Source: Catajapyx aquilonaris
Taxonomy: Eukaryota
Length of the DNA stretch: 64,000 bases
Direction of reading: 5' to 3'
Assembly (NCBI GenBank): GCA_000934665.2
Contig: KZ538319.1
Location: forward strand, 1 to 64,000
A program made the position numbers and the translations under genes. Positions 35,557 to 49,700 of this stretch are shown in pieces (the first letter of the stretch is position 1; each line of letters opens with the position of its first letter). Under the pieces are notes generated by a model. That model searched no databases, was not told where the DNA came from, and saw only the letters and a program-made list of their open reading frames with translations.

Positions 35557-37672
35557 ATAGGTACATTATGATGAGTTACTGAACGCAAGCGTCCACTGTC
35601 CAGTATTGTGGACGTACCATATTATGAAGTCCTCAACACAATCAGGGAATAAGGTATTATCATTATCAGTTAATATCAAGAGCCATATACACGTGTCACA
35701 TGCAACAGCCGACCATTGCATTGTCATATGACATGCATCATAAAATCCTCACAAACTGACGCAATACATGGCGGTACACACTATATTGGGGGAAAGGGGG
35801 AAAGAGCAGTGGATTACTCGCTGCAGTGACTTTGTGACTCACCATGTGAATGCCTCAGTGGTCATAGAGGAAGTCCTCGTTATAAGCAGGGTTACGTTCC
35901 CGAAAATCGTTGCATATAAAGGCACATGGCGGAGTGGTTCCCCATAAGACCCATAAGGTGCGGTACGCCGGGGTGCCTTCGATTCTGAAACGCTGTCTAC
36001 AAGAATTTATAACCGAAAAGGCAAAGTTGAAGATTTTTGTCTGATCTAAGCGTCCGTAGCCAGTCATTCAAGGTGGCTGCCATGAACAAGGGTGGTCGGT
36101 GTGCGTTCATGTGGAAGAAGGGTAGTGTACCAAGGCTTCGTCCGCCGGATGAAACGTGATGAGCAAGCACCTTGCACACAAAAAATTTGTGTACATACAG
36201 GGTGGATGAGTCGTCTGAGGATCGACCCTAATCGAGCCATACCAGCGTGTCCTCCAGTCATGACTGGGTGTTTTCTGTCTGTCCTTCACTCCCCAGTCAC
36301 TGTTACAAGAACGCAGGAACCTGCATATTAATTATTAATTTTTTATCGACTTATCCGTCAATGAAGGCATGACTTAAATGAGAAAATATGGATGTCACAT
36401 CCTCACCGTCGATTTGCATAACCAATCACTCTATTACGGACAGCACCATTGGACGGATCATCCGGACACAACGTAATGGTTGTCAAGATGGTCGAATTCT
36501 GTTGACACAGCTATGGAACCGTTCTCATTACAACCAGCGGACAGGGCGTTATAACACTGGACAAAACGTTAGAAACTGTGTACAGTACGGTGTTTTAATC
36601 CTGCAATATATGCCTATACTCTACTGTACAGTCACTGTACCACAACTCCGTTAGACCCTGCTAAAACTGTGTGGTATGAAGTGGCGAAGCCTTATTGACA
36701 AAATTCATGCGAAAGAGTAATGGGACACGTTCAGTGCAGCGTGGAACATAAAGGACATCCGTATCGGCGGAAATGTCCCGGAAGCTCGGCCTTATATTGC
36801 CTACCCTTCTGGTTTGGCATGGCAGTGTGTTTCAATGGGATGTCGGTAGTGGTCAGCGAATTATTCACATTTCTAGTTTAGTTTTATCGGTTACTTTGAT
36901 GGTGTTTTTTTACGAGCTTTCAAAAATTTAACTGCTGTTATTAGGTTGAATTGTGATATTATTTTAGGCCCTGCATTGCTATTTTATCAGTAGCAGGAAT
37001 ATGAAATGACCCACTGTCATTTGATGTCAATTGTTGAACACCATTTTACAGCATACCTCGTCTACTTTCCTGAAGTAGTTTAAAAAGGACACAGTTGCAC
37101 CCATTATTACCAGCTAATATTGTTGAGACCAGCTAAAAGTAGCTGTTCCAAAGTAACTGCTTTAAATTATTAGTAATTATCAGTAAAAATACATGACAGT
37201 GGTCTTAAACTTTTTTCCTGTTGCATGGCCCTTTCGCCATATTCTTTGCAAGGACCATGTAAAACAATATAATGATACCGGTACAGTACCATATCACAGG
37301 GCTGTGAGGCTATATGCTGGGCCAGCCCCCGCCCAGATCAAATTTAACTTAATTAGTACCATATCATGAATACCCAATAACAGCATGGGACTGTCCTACA
37401 ATTTAACACATGCATGTGGCCACAGTTCCAGTTTATACATTGCTGACATGATAATAATGGACCCAACAAGAACTCCACATATTAATATTGGACCAATAAA
37501 CTCATTATTACCCCAAATATCCTCGGGAACCCTTTGGTCAGGCCTACAGAATGCTGTAGTCTGCGGGATACCAGTTTAATACTGTACCACTGATGTACTG
37601 TACACCATGCCATTAAGAATGTCATGCACCACTCTGACCTCCACGTTTCTTTTCCCAGTGTGAAGGCGAAGA

Positions 37673-38908
37673 ATGGGCTGTGTGGCAAGCAAGGCAGACT
37701 TGAACGACCGCCACCCAAACATATTCCAGGTGATGAACATTGACTGTCATGGCAGAGGACACATGCCAGGACAGTTGGAGATCACAGAGTCGGAGCTGGT
37801 GCTACACCAGCGCGGGCGTGAGGTCACCCGCTGGCCTCTACGATCCCTGAGGTGCTATGGATTTGATGCCGAAAAGTTCACTTTTGAGTCGGGGAGAAGG
37901 TGTCCAACAGGGCATGGTATATATTCCTTCCAGTGCCGGAGGGCAGAGCAAGTTTTTAACCTTCTGCAGGTAATGACTGTTGTCTTAATTTGATGTAAGA
38001 TTAGTTGCATAGAATTATCTATTATCTGCACACAAGAACACAAGATTATTAATAACAATTTGCTTGTGTGCCTCCCAACTCTTTTTCCCAATACATACTG
38101 TAAGACTAATTAGACATGCAAATGGCCTCGCCTACAGTAATCTTATGCTTCTAGATGACTCAGTGAGTTTGACTACCAGCATGTAAAGAGGAAGGTGTGG
38201 CATTTCTACTTTCAGGGCTACATCCAGATGCGCAATGATGATGCCACCTCCCGCGATTCCTTTGCCCAGCCATCTATTCCAAATAACAACAACAACGGCT
38301 ACCTTGAACCCTTGTCAGGACGTATTCCCAATGGCAGGGGCTCACTATCTTTACCTGGCAATGTTCGTGGCCCTATCAGTCCCACCACATCCCTCCCTGC
38401 CTCATACTATGCCAATGAGGATGTCTTTGATACTGACCCCAATGAACGAGCTGTAGATTCCCGGGTCACCAATGGTGACCTCCGCCCCTCCTACGCCAAC
38501 CTCACCCCATTCGAACCATTACCAGAAGAAGATCAGTCGCACTTGTACGTCAATGTGATGCCAGAAGCCTCAAAGGCACATTGTTATGCCAACTGTGATG
38601 CTGCTGACACTGAGGTTCAAGTGCGACAGGTCAATTACATCCTGCTGGACCTTGACCATGGGTCAGATTCAAATAACTCGCAGACCCTTCCAACAACCTC
38701 ACCAGCTGGATCAGTACCTGGATCAGGTCCAAGCTCTCCCCGAAGAGCTTCAGAAGGGTATGTGACTATCGACTTTGACAAGACAGCTGCACTGTCCAAC
38801 TCAGCATGCCCTAGTGTGGATCATGATGAGGGGTGCCGCAAAACAAGGCATAATTCTGCCATGAATGACCTCATGTTCAGCAGAAACAATTCGTCCATGA
38901 GTGACTGA
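37673..38908 (+). CDS. FRS2: Fibroblast growth factor receptor substrate 2/3-like adaptor, 329 aa
   Basis: Exon 37673-37969 has an MGC myristoylation start and an IRS-type PTB domain (WPLRSLRCYG...FTFESGRRCPTGHGIYSF). Exon 38216-38908 joins in phase 0 and carries YxN Grb2 motifs (YANE, YANL, YVNV, YANC), SHP2-type VNYILLDL and YVTIDF, and the FRS2-like tail RKTRHNS. Confidence 0.9.
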
Positions 38909-41900
38909 TTAGTGCTAAAACTGTGACCTGCACAGTGGTGACTGTTCATCCATGTGCAACTGAGGCTGTGTGTGAAAATATATAATGATATAAGCATTAG
39001 GGAAATAAATATGAGAAACCAGCCTACACTTAAAACAGTCAAGGATATCGTGAGATACCTATGGCTTCCATGGGAAACTGAACATCCAAAAAATTCTCAT
39101 TAATTAGGGTCTATAATAAGCACCCAAAAATCAATTGAAATCATGGTAATCCAAATGAACCCATGAAGATCCAAAAAAACATTCAAGTGTACACTAATTT
39201 CTCTGGTGATACTCCCTCTGTATTGTAAGGTGAAACACTGTTTCTAGACGTTTATCGTTGGGTGTGTTTGGAAAGGGTGAGGAAGTGAGGGGAATATGTT
39301 TAAGTGTGTGTGCCAATAACTGACCCTCTTGATATAGTGACTGGTGCAGTAAAAGAAACTATTCTCACTAGGGAGAAGTGACAACAAAGTGTTTTCCCAT
39401 GTCACCATGTACCTCCTGCACCATTCACACATGGATTAGATAAAACTTGAATCCGCCCACAAGCTGAAAAAAAATGTACACTCAAGAAACTTCATTATAA
39501 CCTGGACCTCATGTGATCTGATGACAACCTCCTTGTCAAAAAAAAAACCAACCAAATTTATAACTTCCACTTACATCACTTCCACTACCAAAGAAAACCA
39601 ATGACAGCTTAGGCTGAGTTCAAGTGCTCGCATTTGTTAAGCCTGCTCCACACTGGCCAAATATTCAGTACCGACTTTTCTCTATTTCAAACCAAGTAAT
39701 GCCTGGTAGTATAAATATTCAAGTGTGACATTTTACACTTCATTGAGAAACGTTAGGTGCCTATCCCTGAGAACTTGTTTCCTTTTAGCTATATTTCCTC
39801 TTACGCTTTGTTAAGCACTCACCAGAACTCATTTTCTCAATTTATTCCACCATCTCCTCAAGCGAAGTGCCGCTCCATAAAAATACAGGAGGTGGTTGAT
39901 AGTTGGAAGGGAGAAAACAAGCTTAGCATTGGCAAGAGTATCTTAAATGCTACTTCCACCTGCATCCTTTGAGTCACAAGTTCTCTGATGACATTCTTGG
40001 CAGGGAAAAGTCTCATGAAAACATTCAGCTAGTGTAGAACAGGTTTAGACTTCTTGAATAACTCATCACTTAGCGTAACATGTGGTATGAAGAGGATATA
40101 CGGTGAATATGGGTATAGCCTCTTCGAACATGCAGTGGCCTTTCTAAGTCACTTCAAAGTGGTTTCAGTTTGAGATAACCTTGAAAGGCTTCTGTGTTTA
40201 TGAATGGACTACAATCAACCTGTGGGCTTAGGGGTTGCCTCTAAAATACATGTTTCCATTTTTCATGATTTCTAACCCTCCCTTCTCCACAAGTAGTATC
40301 CACCATTGCTCAAAAGACTTTCCCACTGTTTAAAATTAATAATGTAAAGTAATGGGTAGCTTACCCTCTTCCAAGAGCATTATTGAATTTACACTCATCT
40401 TTGACCTATTTGCAACAGAAATGGTCACCTGAAAAAGGTTATGCTCTGAAATTCATCCAATTCTTAATTCAAAGATTAGTGCCAATTGAAATTCTAAGCG
40501 CTTCAGTTCTGCCAAATACTCTCGGTTCATCCTTACTCATGAGTTCAAGTTTATTTAGTCTGCCAATGAATACAATCACAAAGTGGTTTGATCATTAATA
40601 CTCATGAGATGATTCATGGAAGTTCATAACGGATGCAACTCATGACATGATTTGGAAAGGGTAGGGGTGGTAGTAATGGTTTCAATTTAGTTACTACTTT
40701 ATTCAACTCTCACATGCACAGAATGTGCTTTGGCATCAATTCAGTCAATTAGTTAAGTAAATGTGCATAACACAATGATTATTCGTACACTTCTGTCATC
40801 AAACACCTGTACCACAAGATTTTATGATAAAGTTTTGGCCCCTGAAAACTTACCAGAAATGATATTTGCCGCAGACACAATTTGTAATTAACTTCACTTC
40901 ATGACTGAAACCAGATATGGGATAATAATGAGAGGCATCTTGGCCTGCTACCATGTTATCAGTAATACTGAATACATTACTTGAAGAGTGACATCCAACA
41001 TAATTGCCAAATTATTTTAATAGACAATGTTTATCAAGTCAAGAGCTCAAATAGCTCATCTCAGGCATTTGGTTCAAGCGTGGATTATAGGCACATTAGC
41101 TTTTTTGATAAAAAAAACCATTTCAATTTACAATAGACCATGATACTACTCAGTCCATGAAAGTGACACTATGTGATAGCTAGGAAAGTTATTGAAAGTT
41201 CAACATTTTCCCCAGCAAAGACTCATAAACTCAAATTACAACTGTTAAGCAATTATCACTAATCTTTGCTGGAGGGATCAATCTGTAAAATCAGTTTTTA
41301 AAACCTTAGTAACCTGTCAAACTAGCTTGTCTGGAAGTTAATAACTGTTACCTCTTGCATGAACTTATAGCATGCATGAACTGGACTTAAAATGCACGAT
41401 TCACCATCACCATTTCGTTCTATCACCCTCTTCCTTGAAACATACCTTTATGTCTGATCATTAAAATGAACTCACTTATCCCCACACGTCTTCCTCTCCC
41501 AAAAGGCCCAACAAGTGATCTCATTTTCAAAGTGCAGTCAAGACACCTGAAAAGACTGTTTATCTGTTTGTTTCTTTGTCCCCTTCCAATCTTATTGTGT
41601 ATATACAGCTGTAAAGTATATAAGATGTAAGTTGTTTGTAAAATAATGGTGAAGAAATCAGTTGTTTGGCTATAAGTAAGTAGCCATGAGGCAGCCATGT
41701 TGTGATATTATTTACTGGATTTAAAAAAAAGTGTTGTACAGTAGTTGACACTGCCACTAGAAAGCAGACAGAAATACAGCTTACCAAAGAAACATTTCAA
41801 ATATGTCTCTGCAAATGAGACTGGTAATCACAGTAACAATTGAATCGACTCCTCTGGACTCAAAAATTTACCAATCCCCTTTTCTTTGTTTTGTAAACGG

Positions 41901-42431
41901 ACTGTGCAGAACTCTTTCTATGTAATACAGTTAATGGAAAAAAGGCCTTCACTGGCCACCATATTTTAAAAAACAGGCAAGGTAATGTAATAAAAAAATT
42001 ATGACGCCTGCATGCTTGTTTTCTTCTCTGGTAAACCAGGTGCACCGGGCCAATGCTTAAATGCCCATTCACATAAAAGCAATGAAGGAGTTTTCACGTA
42101 AACTTCATAGTTCACGCTTTTTATGCCACAATTAGAGGAAGAGACCAAGTATCCATTGCTTGCATACAAAACTCGTTGAGGGTGTCTCAAGAGCTTTCAA
42201 GAAAATCCCCCACCAACTGCCCAGGAAAAAAATAAAAAATAAATACAGGACTCCCATTTATGACGAATTGATGGAAGAATCTACTCACACTTGTGAATGC
42301 CAGGACAAATATCAACTGTGAGCAATGGATACATTGTCTCCTCCCCAATTCGTGATATCAAAGGAGCGAAACAGCAAGATATGAAGTTTGATGGATAATG
42401 CTTTCATTGCTTATAAGTGAATGTGGCTTAA

Positions 42432-43156
42432 CCCCTTCGCTACCAGACAGGCCCGAACCACATAGATTTTGGATTACGCGTACTCCGAAAATATGGACAA
42501 GATATTTTACAAATAATAATAACAGCTATACTTACCACGTTCAGGGAAAACGCTATATGAATGTGTCTGGAACAATATATTTTACTTGTCTAGAAGTCCC
42601 TAAATTAATTTCCAAAAAGGCTATAAAAACTGGATATTTGACTACTGCCGACCAACTGTTAGGCTGGTTTAATTATGAAATGCGTGATAATATGCGGAAT
42701 AACAACCTTGAGAACCATGCCAGACAAATTTGTTGAACTCGTCGTACTTTGCAAGAAATAAATTAATACTTATTTGCAGTTTTCTGGCACTTCGGAAAAT
42801 AGCACATAAATTTCCGAAGTGCCAGAAAGCCGCAAATAAGTATTAATTTATTTCTCGCAAAGTACGACGAGTTCAGCAAATTCGTCTGGCATGGTTCGAA
42901 ACGTTGTTATTCTGCATATTTTCACGCATTTCATAATTAAATCTGCCTAACAGTTGATTGGAAGTACTAGAATTTCCAGTTTTTATAGCCTTTTTTTGGA
43001 AATTAATTTCCAGACGAGTAAAATTGTTCCAGACACATTCATAGGGTTTTCCCTAAATGTGGTAACTATTATTATTTGTAAAATATCCTGTCCATATCTT
43101 CGGAGTACGCTTAAGCCTAATTCTACGTGGTTCGAGCCTATCTGGTAGCGAAGGGG
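42432..43156. mobile_element. piggyBac-type fold-back MITE (TTAA TSD)
   Basis: TTAA-CCCCTTCGCTACCAGA...TCTGGTAGCGAAGGGG-TTAA. The whole element is an imperfect palindrome centred near 42805 and is related to 57488-59315. Confidence 0.85.
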
Positions 43157-44073
43157 TTAATACTATACATATATAAGTAATGACTTTATATGAGGGTGGA
43201 AGATCAATCACAGCCAGTGCCTAATTATTATTGAAGCACCTAAGCATGTGCAATTAGCAATGCAGATAATTTGGAAGCACTGGTCAAATAAACTTGCATG
43301 GTATTGGCAGGGAAATATGACACAAAGCAATGAAACTAGAAACAAAAGGGAAGTAATATCCTTCCATCCACACTTGGCTATTTAAAATACGTGAAAAACA
43401 AGGAGAAAAGAGGCTGAGTTTCCTTCTACCTAAGACTCTCTGATTTTAAACTTTCTAGGCGGCCAAGAAGGTTGTCAACAAACTTTTGCCATCAATGGAG
43501 GTAATACTGAACATCATTGCTTCTGTTTGTCCAGCATTGCCACAACTCAGCTAAACTGCACCAGGCAGTGAATGATGGTCCTAGGCAGAAATAAATCACT
43601 ACCCTGTGACTAGCAGAATTCGCCTTCTCAAGTGACAGGACGCTGACAACCTCAACAACCAGCTGGCGATATCAAATGATACCACAACCATCAGGAATCT
43701 TGCATTAATTACTCCTTTATTTAAGCTTTAAGGCAATCTTCGAGTGATGGCTAGGGTCAAAGTGGGAGGAATTGTTTTTGTTTTTAGGTCCAGTGCATAC
43801 ACTACATGAGCTAAACACAATACAGGGTAGTACAATGCAGGGTAGTATTTCTACCAAGTGATAAAAACCAGTGAAGTTCATAATATATTATGTGGGCTCA
43901 GATGCTTCAATAATGACAGTGACCTTGACTTTGCTCCCAATCCTGCATGTATAATGATTATTTTTTCATCACAAGACCTGCAAGAGGGTCCACGTAGTAA
44001 TAATATATAAAAATGAAAATGAAGGAAGAAAGAACATTTCAGTTCAACAAGGCCAGGGGACCCTCTTGCTTAC

Positions 44074-46656
44074 TCACTGCTTGGTATCATAAATAAACTC
44101 TAGGTCCTTCCCATCCAAACTTTTGCGGGCCCACTTGTTGAATTTCTTCTCCAGGACCTCACTGAAGTAGCTCTTCCAGTCACCAACCACCCCTAAGTGA
44201 TAACCAGGTAATGATAATTACACACTCTGCACATACAAGTCATTAGGTCTATTAATTTAAGAGTATAGCATAAGTCAGCATCACTTACACCGGCATTACA
44301 CCCTTTAATCAGAACATGCACCAGAGCTTACATAACATGAAATAAACAAATGCAGTGCTAGAACTGGTGTTACACCAGAGCTACACTGGCCCATACACAA
44401 TAGACCTCTTAACATGAGGAAGAGATAACAGGCTTGAGTGTGGCTTCATTTGCCATCTCATAAGTGTCACTACTCTTCTGGCCTAGCCATAGTGAAGTAT
44501 GATTTGTACTCTGCTTCTTATAAACAGAAAATGATACGAAAGACATAAGGCACTCAGTAGCAACATCAAACAAATCCCCTTGACTAAGGGCCCTAGTCTG
44601 GTGTCCGGGGGTACGAGCTCCAGAAACAGTGGGGTTGCCTCATCCGTTGATTGGGGGGGGGGGGGGGGGNNNNGGGGGCGGCGGCGGCGGCGGCGGCAGG
44701 GATACCTGCCCCAAAAGTCTCCTCACTCGCTACCCCGCTGGGGAGCCCGGAATAGCGGCTAACACCCCAATCCACCCTTTCGTAGTTCATTTAAAACCCA
44801 TGGATAGCTCTTTTTACGGTATCCAGGGCTACGTTTGGATTATCCGTGTTTTCCTGACTATTCAGGCACACCTGTGCAATTAATTAGCCCGGATAATCGA
44901 GAGTACAGTGTTACTCGAATTTTCTGGCTTTACCATTGCATTCCCCAACCAAAGAAACTTCTGTGTACCAAAAATCTCGCCACGATCGACTTGAGACAAG
45001 TGCCTTATCCCTCGCTATCACACCTCCTGGGAGTGAATAGGTACCCCGGTTCTGGGGCAGCCGTGTGCCTGCGTTATAGAGCCCCCAAACCTGCCAGACT
45101 CGGAAGTAGCTGCCCCAACCATGACCACGCCCCATCGAGGAAGTTTGGTATGACTTTGGCTCATTTTAATTTGAATGACTCTTACACGATACCAACGTAA
45201 CAGCATTTGCACTGAATCCAAAGAAGTTACAAATTAGTGCCTGAAAGCAGTGGTAGTAGCAATATTTTCAATAAAACTCATGTGACAAATGTCACAACAG
45301 GTGACGATGGCATTAATTTGTCAGTTTGGGAATCAACTAACAGGTTTTTGGAAAAAAATATGCAGGTGGCCAGAACCGGTGCATGGCATGGCCAGAACTG
45401 GAGCAGGGGTGGACAGAACTGGCACATCTTGTCACTTTTTAATATGGAAGCCTTTTATTGAAACTTAAAATTTTCAGATATTTTTATAATGTGTATGTTA
45501 AATGGCCTACAACATAAATGCATTCATTTACCTGCATGAACTTTCAATTCGCAGTTATGAATTTCCAAAGTCAGAATTTCTCTGTAAGTGCTTTAACCCT
45601 TAACTACGTAGGTGGGTGAAACACCTTTAACTACGTAGGTGGAGCCTGAGTGGCTCCAACGGTATATTTAAATTTCGGCTTATCAACTAAATTGTTATAT
45701 TGGACTTTTCACATACAGAAAGTGCAGTTCAGATCATTAGGCTTCCGAAAATGTAAAAATCCCACGCTGAGTCAGCATATTCCGACAGGGAAAAATTTTT
45801 AATTAAAAGGTTACATCATGTTTGAGCCGCTCAGGCTTCACCTACATAGGTAGAGCTTGAGCATTTCCAGGAGGGACCTGTTCCTCGTTACGAATTTTTT
45901 TCAACCAAAGAATAGGGACTAAAAAAAATTTTCTTTCCTTTTCAGGCTTAGGAAGGTTTTTCTGACAAAGTCACGGAAGGACAGGGGAAAATAAAATTCA
46001 ATGAAAAAGTTACATGCATTTAAATAGTGCTTGGAGCCTCTCAGGCTCTACCTATGTAGTTAAGGGTTAATAAAACCTTTGGGGTGATATTTCCTATAAA
46101 ACTTATTGCAAGTTAAAAGAACCGTGCCCCCCCCCCCNCCCCCAACCCGGAAAAGGCTTTGCGATTTGACTAGAATTTGACCTAGAAGCAAATAACACTT
46201 CTCAATAAATAATATATCCTGGAGTTAAAAGTGTAAATTAGAGGTCAATTAATTTACATGCTCACAGATCACAGAAATTCATCAACAGCGCCAGTGCCTC
46301 ACCTTTCCTGAAAAAAGGTGCCTCAGTCCTGTTGCAAAATCCCAGCTCATCCCACTGGCTGTAGTTGACACTGGGATTTTCAGCCATAGCCAAAAAGTTG
46401 GTATGCCGAAGGAGTAGTTTGGTCTGGTCATCAGTCAATGGATGATCCAAGAAAAGAGCAATCTTCTTGATGGTCGCCTCAGGATCATGCTTCAGGTCCT
46501 CATAGAAGACGTACATCACGTTTGGGTCATCACGGTGTTCCCAGTAGCTTAGGGTATGTTTCATGTATGGTGAATATGGCACTGCGTGATATGAAAATAA
46601 ATGGAACATGAGCATTTACTTATGAATGTGCCAGTAAACAGCACATGGAAAATCAC

Positions 46657-46714
<58 letters not shown>

Positions 46715-49700
46715 TAAAAATTCAATTGGTGCAGTATAATTTATAGTGGAGTCACACTTTGTTCTAAAAAAGATCCTTTCTAAACCGGCTACCATCATAT
46801 ATAATTAACAAGATTGGCAAATCACGTGATCGTGATTTGAGTATACTTTTTCATATTTACTGCTATTGCCCCCAACGTCATTCACAGTAGTGGGATTGAA
46901 ACCAAAAGCACCCATAACTCATTTTCAGCCAAAACTGGACTTACCCTTTTTCCCCTCCCTCCTCCTACCCCCAGACCGCCCCTTTCCCCCCCTTTTTGTA
47001 AAAAAATCCTAGCAAACCCATCTTTTAGACCTTTTTCATCCATTGAAAAAAGTCTTATAGCAAGGCTCTGTCTGTCCGTCCGTCTGTCTGTGGACAGGTA
47101 TCAGGTATCATGGGGTAGGACGGAGGGATCTGGGGGACAGGGTGGTGGGGGGCAGGGGGCAGCCAGGGGAAAGGGGCGGATAGAGTGAACCTGGAACCCG
47201 AAAATCGAAAAAAAAAGTCTTATAGCATGGCTCTGTCTGTCTGTCTGATACCTGTCCACAGACAGACAGGCAGAGCCATGCTATAAGACTTTTTTTCTCG
47301 AAAAAGTCTAAAACTAGCAGTAACCCTGTGCTTTGCACTGGTCCACTTCACTCACAACATTTCTTCAGGCTTTTTTAAAACCCAAGAAAGTGGTTGGTCA
47401 TGGTCATGCGATGCCCAATGTTGGCCCATTTCCCATAGCCATACACAAAGAAAAGGACACAGGTAGTCCTGCAAAGCTGAGCTATTGTGAAACTATTTAA
47501 CAAATGGCAAACTGGCCCCAGGTTTGGTTGCGCAGTACTGTACTTCACTCTCTCACTAATTCTCTGATGGTATGTTGCCATGTGTCCTGCAGACAACACT
47601 CAGGAAGCCAATTTTGGGTAGAAGGAAGTCTTTTCCAGTGGTGCATATCCAAGAACTTGCGCTGAAGAGAAGCAGTATCACCATTGTACGGTGGTGATGG
47701 CAGTGGAGTATTGTTACTCATTAATTTTCTTTTTGCCTGGTCCTATCAAACTGCCTGTGTGTTGTCTGAGGACTACTCTAGGACACTAACCACCCTCAAA
47801 ATCTTGTATGAGTAGAGCCATTCTATTCTCCATTGTGGGCAAGCAAGGGCACAGTTGAGCTTCCTTATTGCAGATCTGCCTAGCATCCCCACTCCCTGGC
47901 CAATGGCTTCCTCCCCCACTCCCCCGCAAACAAGATTAAAATCGCATGAATGGGACATGTCAGTTCAGCCATGCATTGTGATTGAAATGTTGCAAATTTG
48001 AAATTTATTCAAAATTCAAATGGCCGTAGTTAGTGACTGAAATGTTCAGTATTTTTTCCCGCATTTATAGCAATGGTAGATGAGCCCCAATTCCCATAAT
48101 CACACTGTTCACTAAAACTTAATTGCTTAAAGACATTACATGAAATTATGATAAAATGCAATACTGGTTGTGTAGTATGGCATTACTTCAAATGGGGTAA
48201 TACAAAGGGCAATCTCAGTTACCTAATTCAAGTCAGTTTCAGTTGCCAATACACCACTGTAAAAATTGGCCTCCCATTGTACAGTTCTGGACATTAATCA
48301 TGTCATACCGGTGGCACCTTGAGCCGTTGGCGGCAAAAAAGTGAATCAAAGCAATAAAATAGCAACCAATACATCACTCCAATTTGTTCTTTTGCCACCA
48401 GCAGCTCATGGCGCTCCACCAGTAAGACGCCATTAATGTCCAGGACTGTGCTATTGTACTTGTCACATCAAAAACCTTGGTCTGGAAAGCAAAAGGAGGC
48501 TAATCACAGTTTCCCACTTTCTTTGGCAGGATCTTCAAGAGTTCCAGTATTTTAAAAACAAATGTCATGACTTTTGAATTAGGTCAGTTTTATACTAACA
48601 TTACCCAACACATTTCCAGCCTCAACCAGACTCACCTTCATCCTTGATGAATTTATCAAAGAACTCCTCAAAAGTTCCAACATAGTTTGTGAGAGCAAGG
48701 TAGCGAAGGAAGTGGTAGTAGGAGACTGCCACATCCTTTGGGTTGCGGGTGATATATATGACCTTTGCCCCTTTTTCAGTGATGCTGGAGGGAAGCAGCC
48801 AGTAAGGGAGATGTGACTTGATAAGTCGAGTTCCTTTGGTCTGCACAATGGTGCGCAGGCCAGGGTATGGATGTTCCAGAGTTGGAAACCGGGTCTCCAG
48901 GGTCTCATTGGCTGCCTTCTCAAAGTCAAGGTTGTTTGCCATCAAGTACACCAGTTCTTGCATCCACGTTATACCTGTGATAATTTGAAGGTTGTAATAT
49001 TTCCTGCCATAAAAGAACAACCTACCTACTAGAACACAACCAGCTATCTAGTTAGTTATACCTAAGTAAGCCATCTGCATTTACCAAAATCTGTAGCCAT
49101 CTCATTACTCCCCAAACACTGTTACTTTAAATATTGGGCAGTGCAGACCTCACATGAGGTATAGCAAGGATCATTATTTCAATGCATGCATAAAATATCC
49201 AGAGGAGATTGTTCTGCTGCAATGCCTTGGTCCATAGGCGAGTGGGGAGGAGGTTCCCAAGGGAGGGCTCTGTTATACAGTAGTTTCTAGTCATTTTGGA
49301 CAGTCCTTATGCCAGGCCTTTTCTTCTGGCCCTGGACAGAAAAGGGAGTGCAAGCCTTCCTGGACATATGTTGGGTGAAAAGCAGAAAAGCACCCGACCA
49401 AGCGAAGGTGACGGGGGACTGGATTTGAACCCCCAGGACTCCCCGCTGGATGGCCAGTAGCTTGGCCCAAAAAGTTTTGAAATGCTAGGGAAGCAAGGTG
49501 GCGTAGTGGCTAGCGCCACAGCCTTCCACCTCTTAGGTCCCGAGTTCAATCGCCAGGTCGGACAGAGGATGCTTATGTGGATCGAGTTTCGATGGGTTTT
49601 CTCTTGTTATTTGCGTGGGTTTTCTCGGGGCTGTCCCATTTCCTCCCACAATCAAAATCAATCACAATCAGAGCACAGGCAATGATTAAAGACAGTTTAT

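Noticed and set aside
36820..36845. TGGCAGTGTG resembling the 5' end of miR-34
   Set aside because: The rest of the mature sequence does not match and I see no precursor hairpin.
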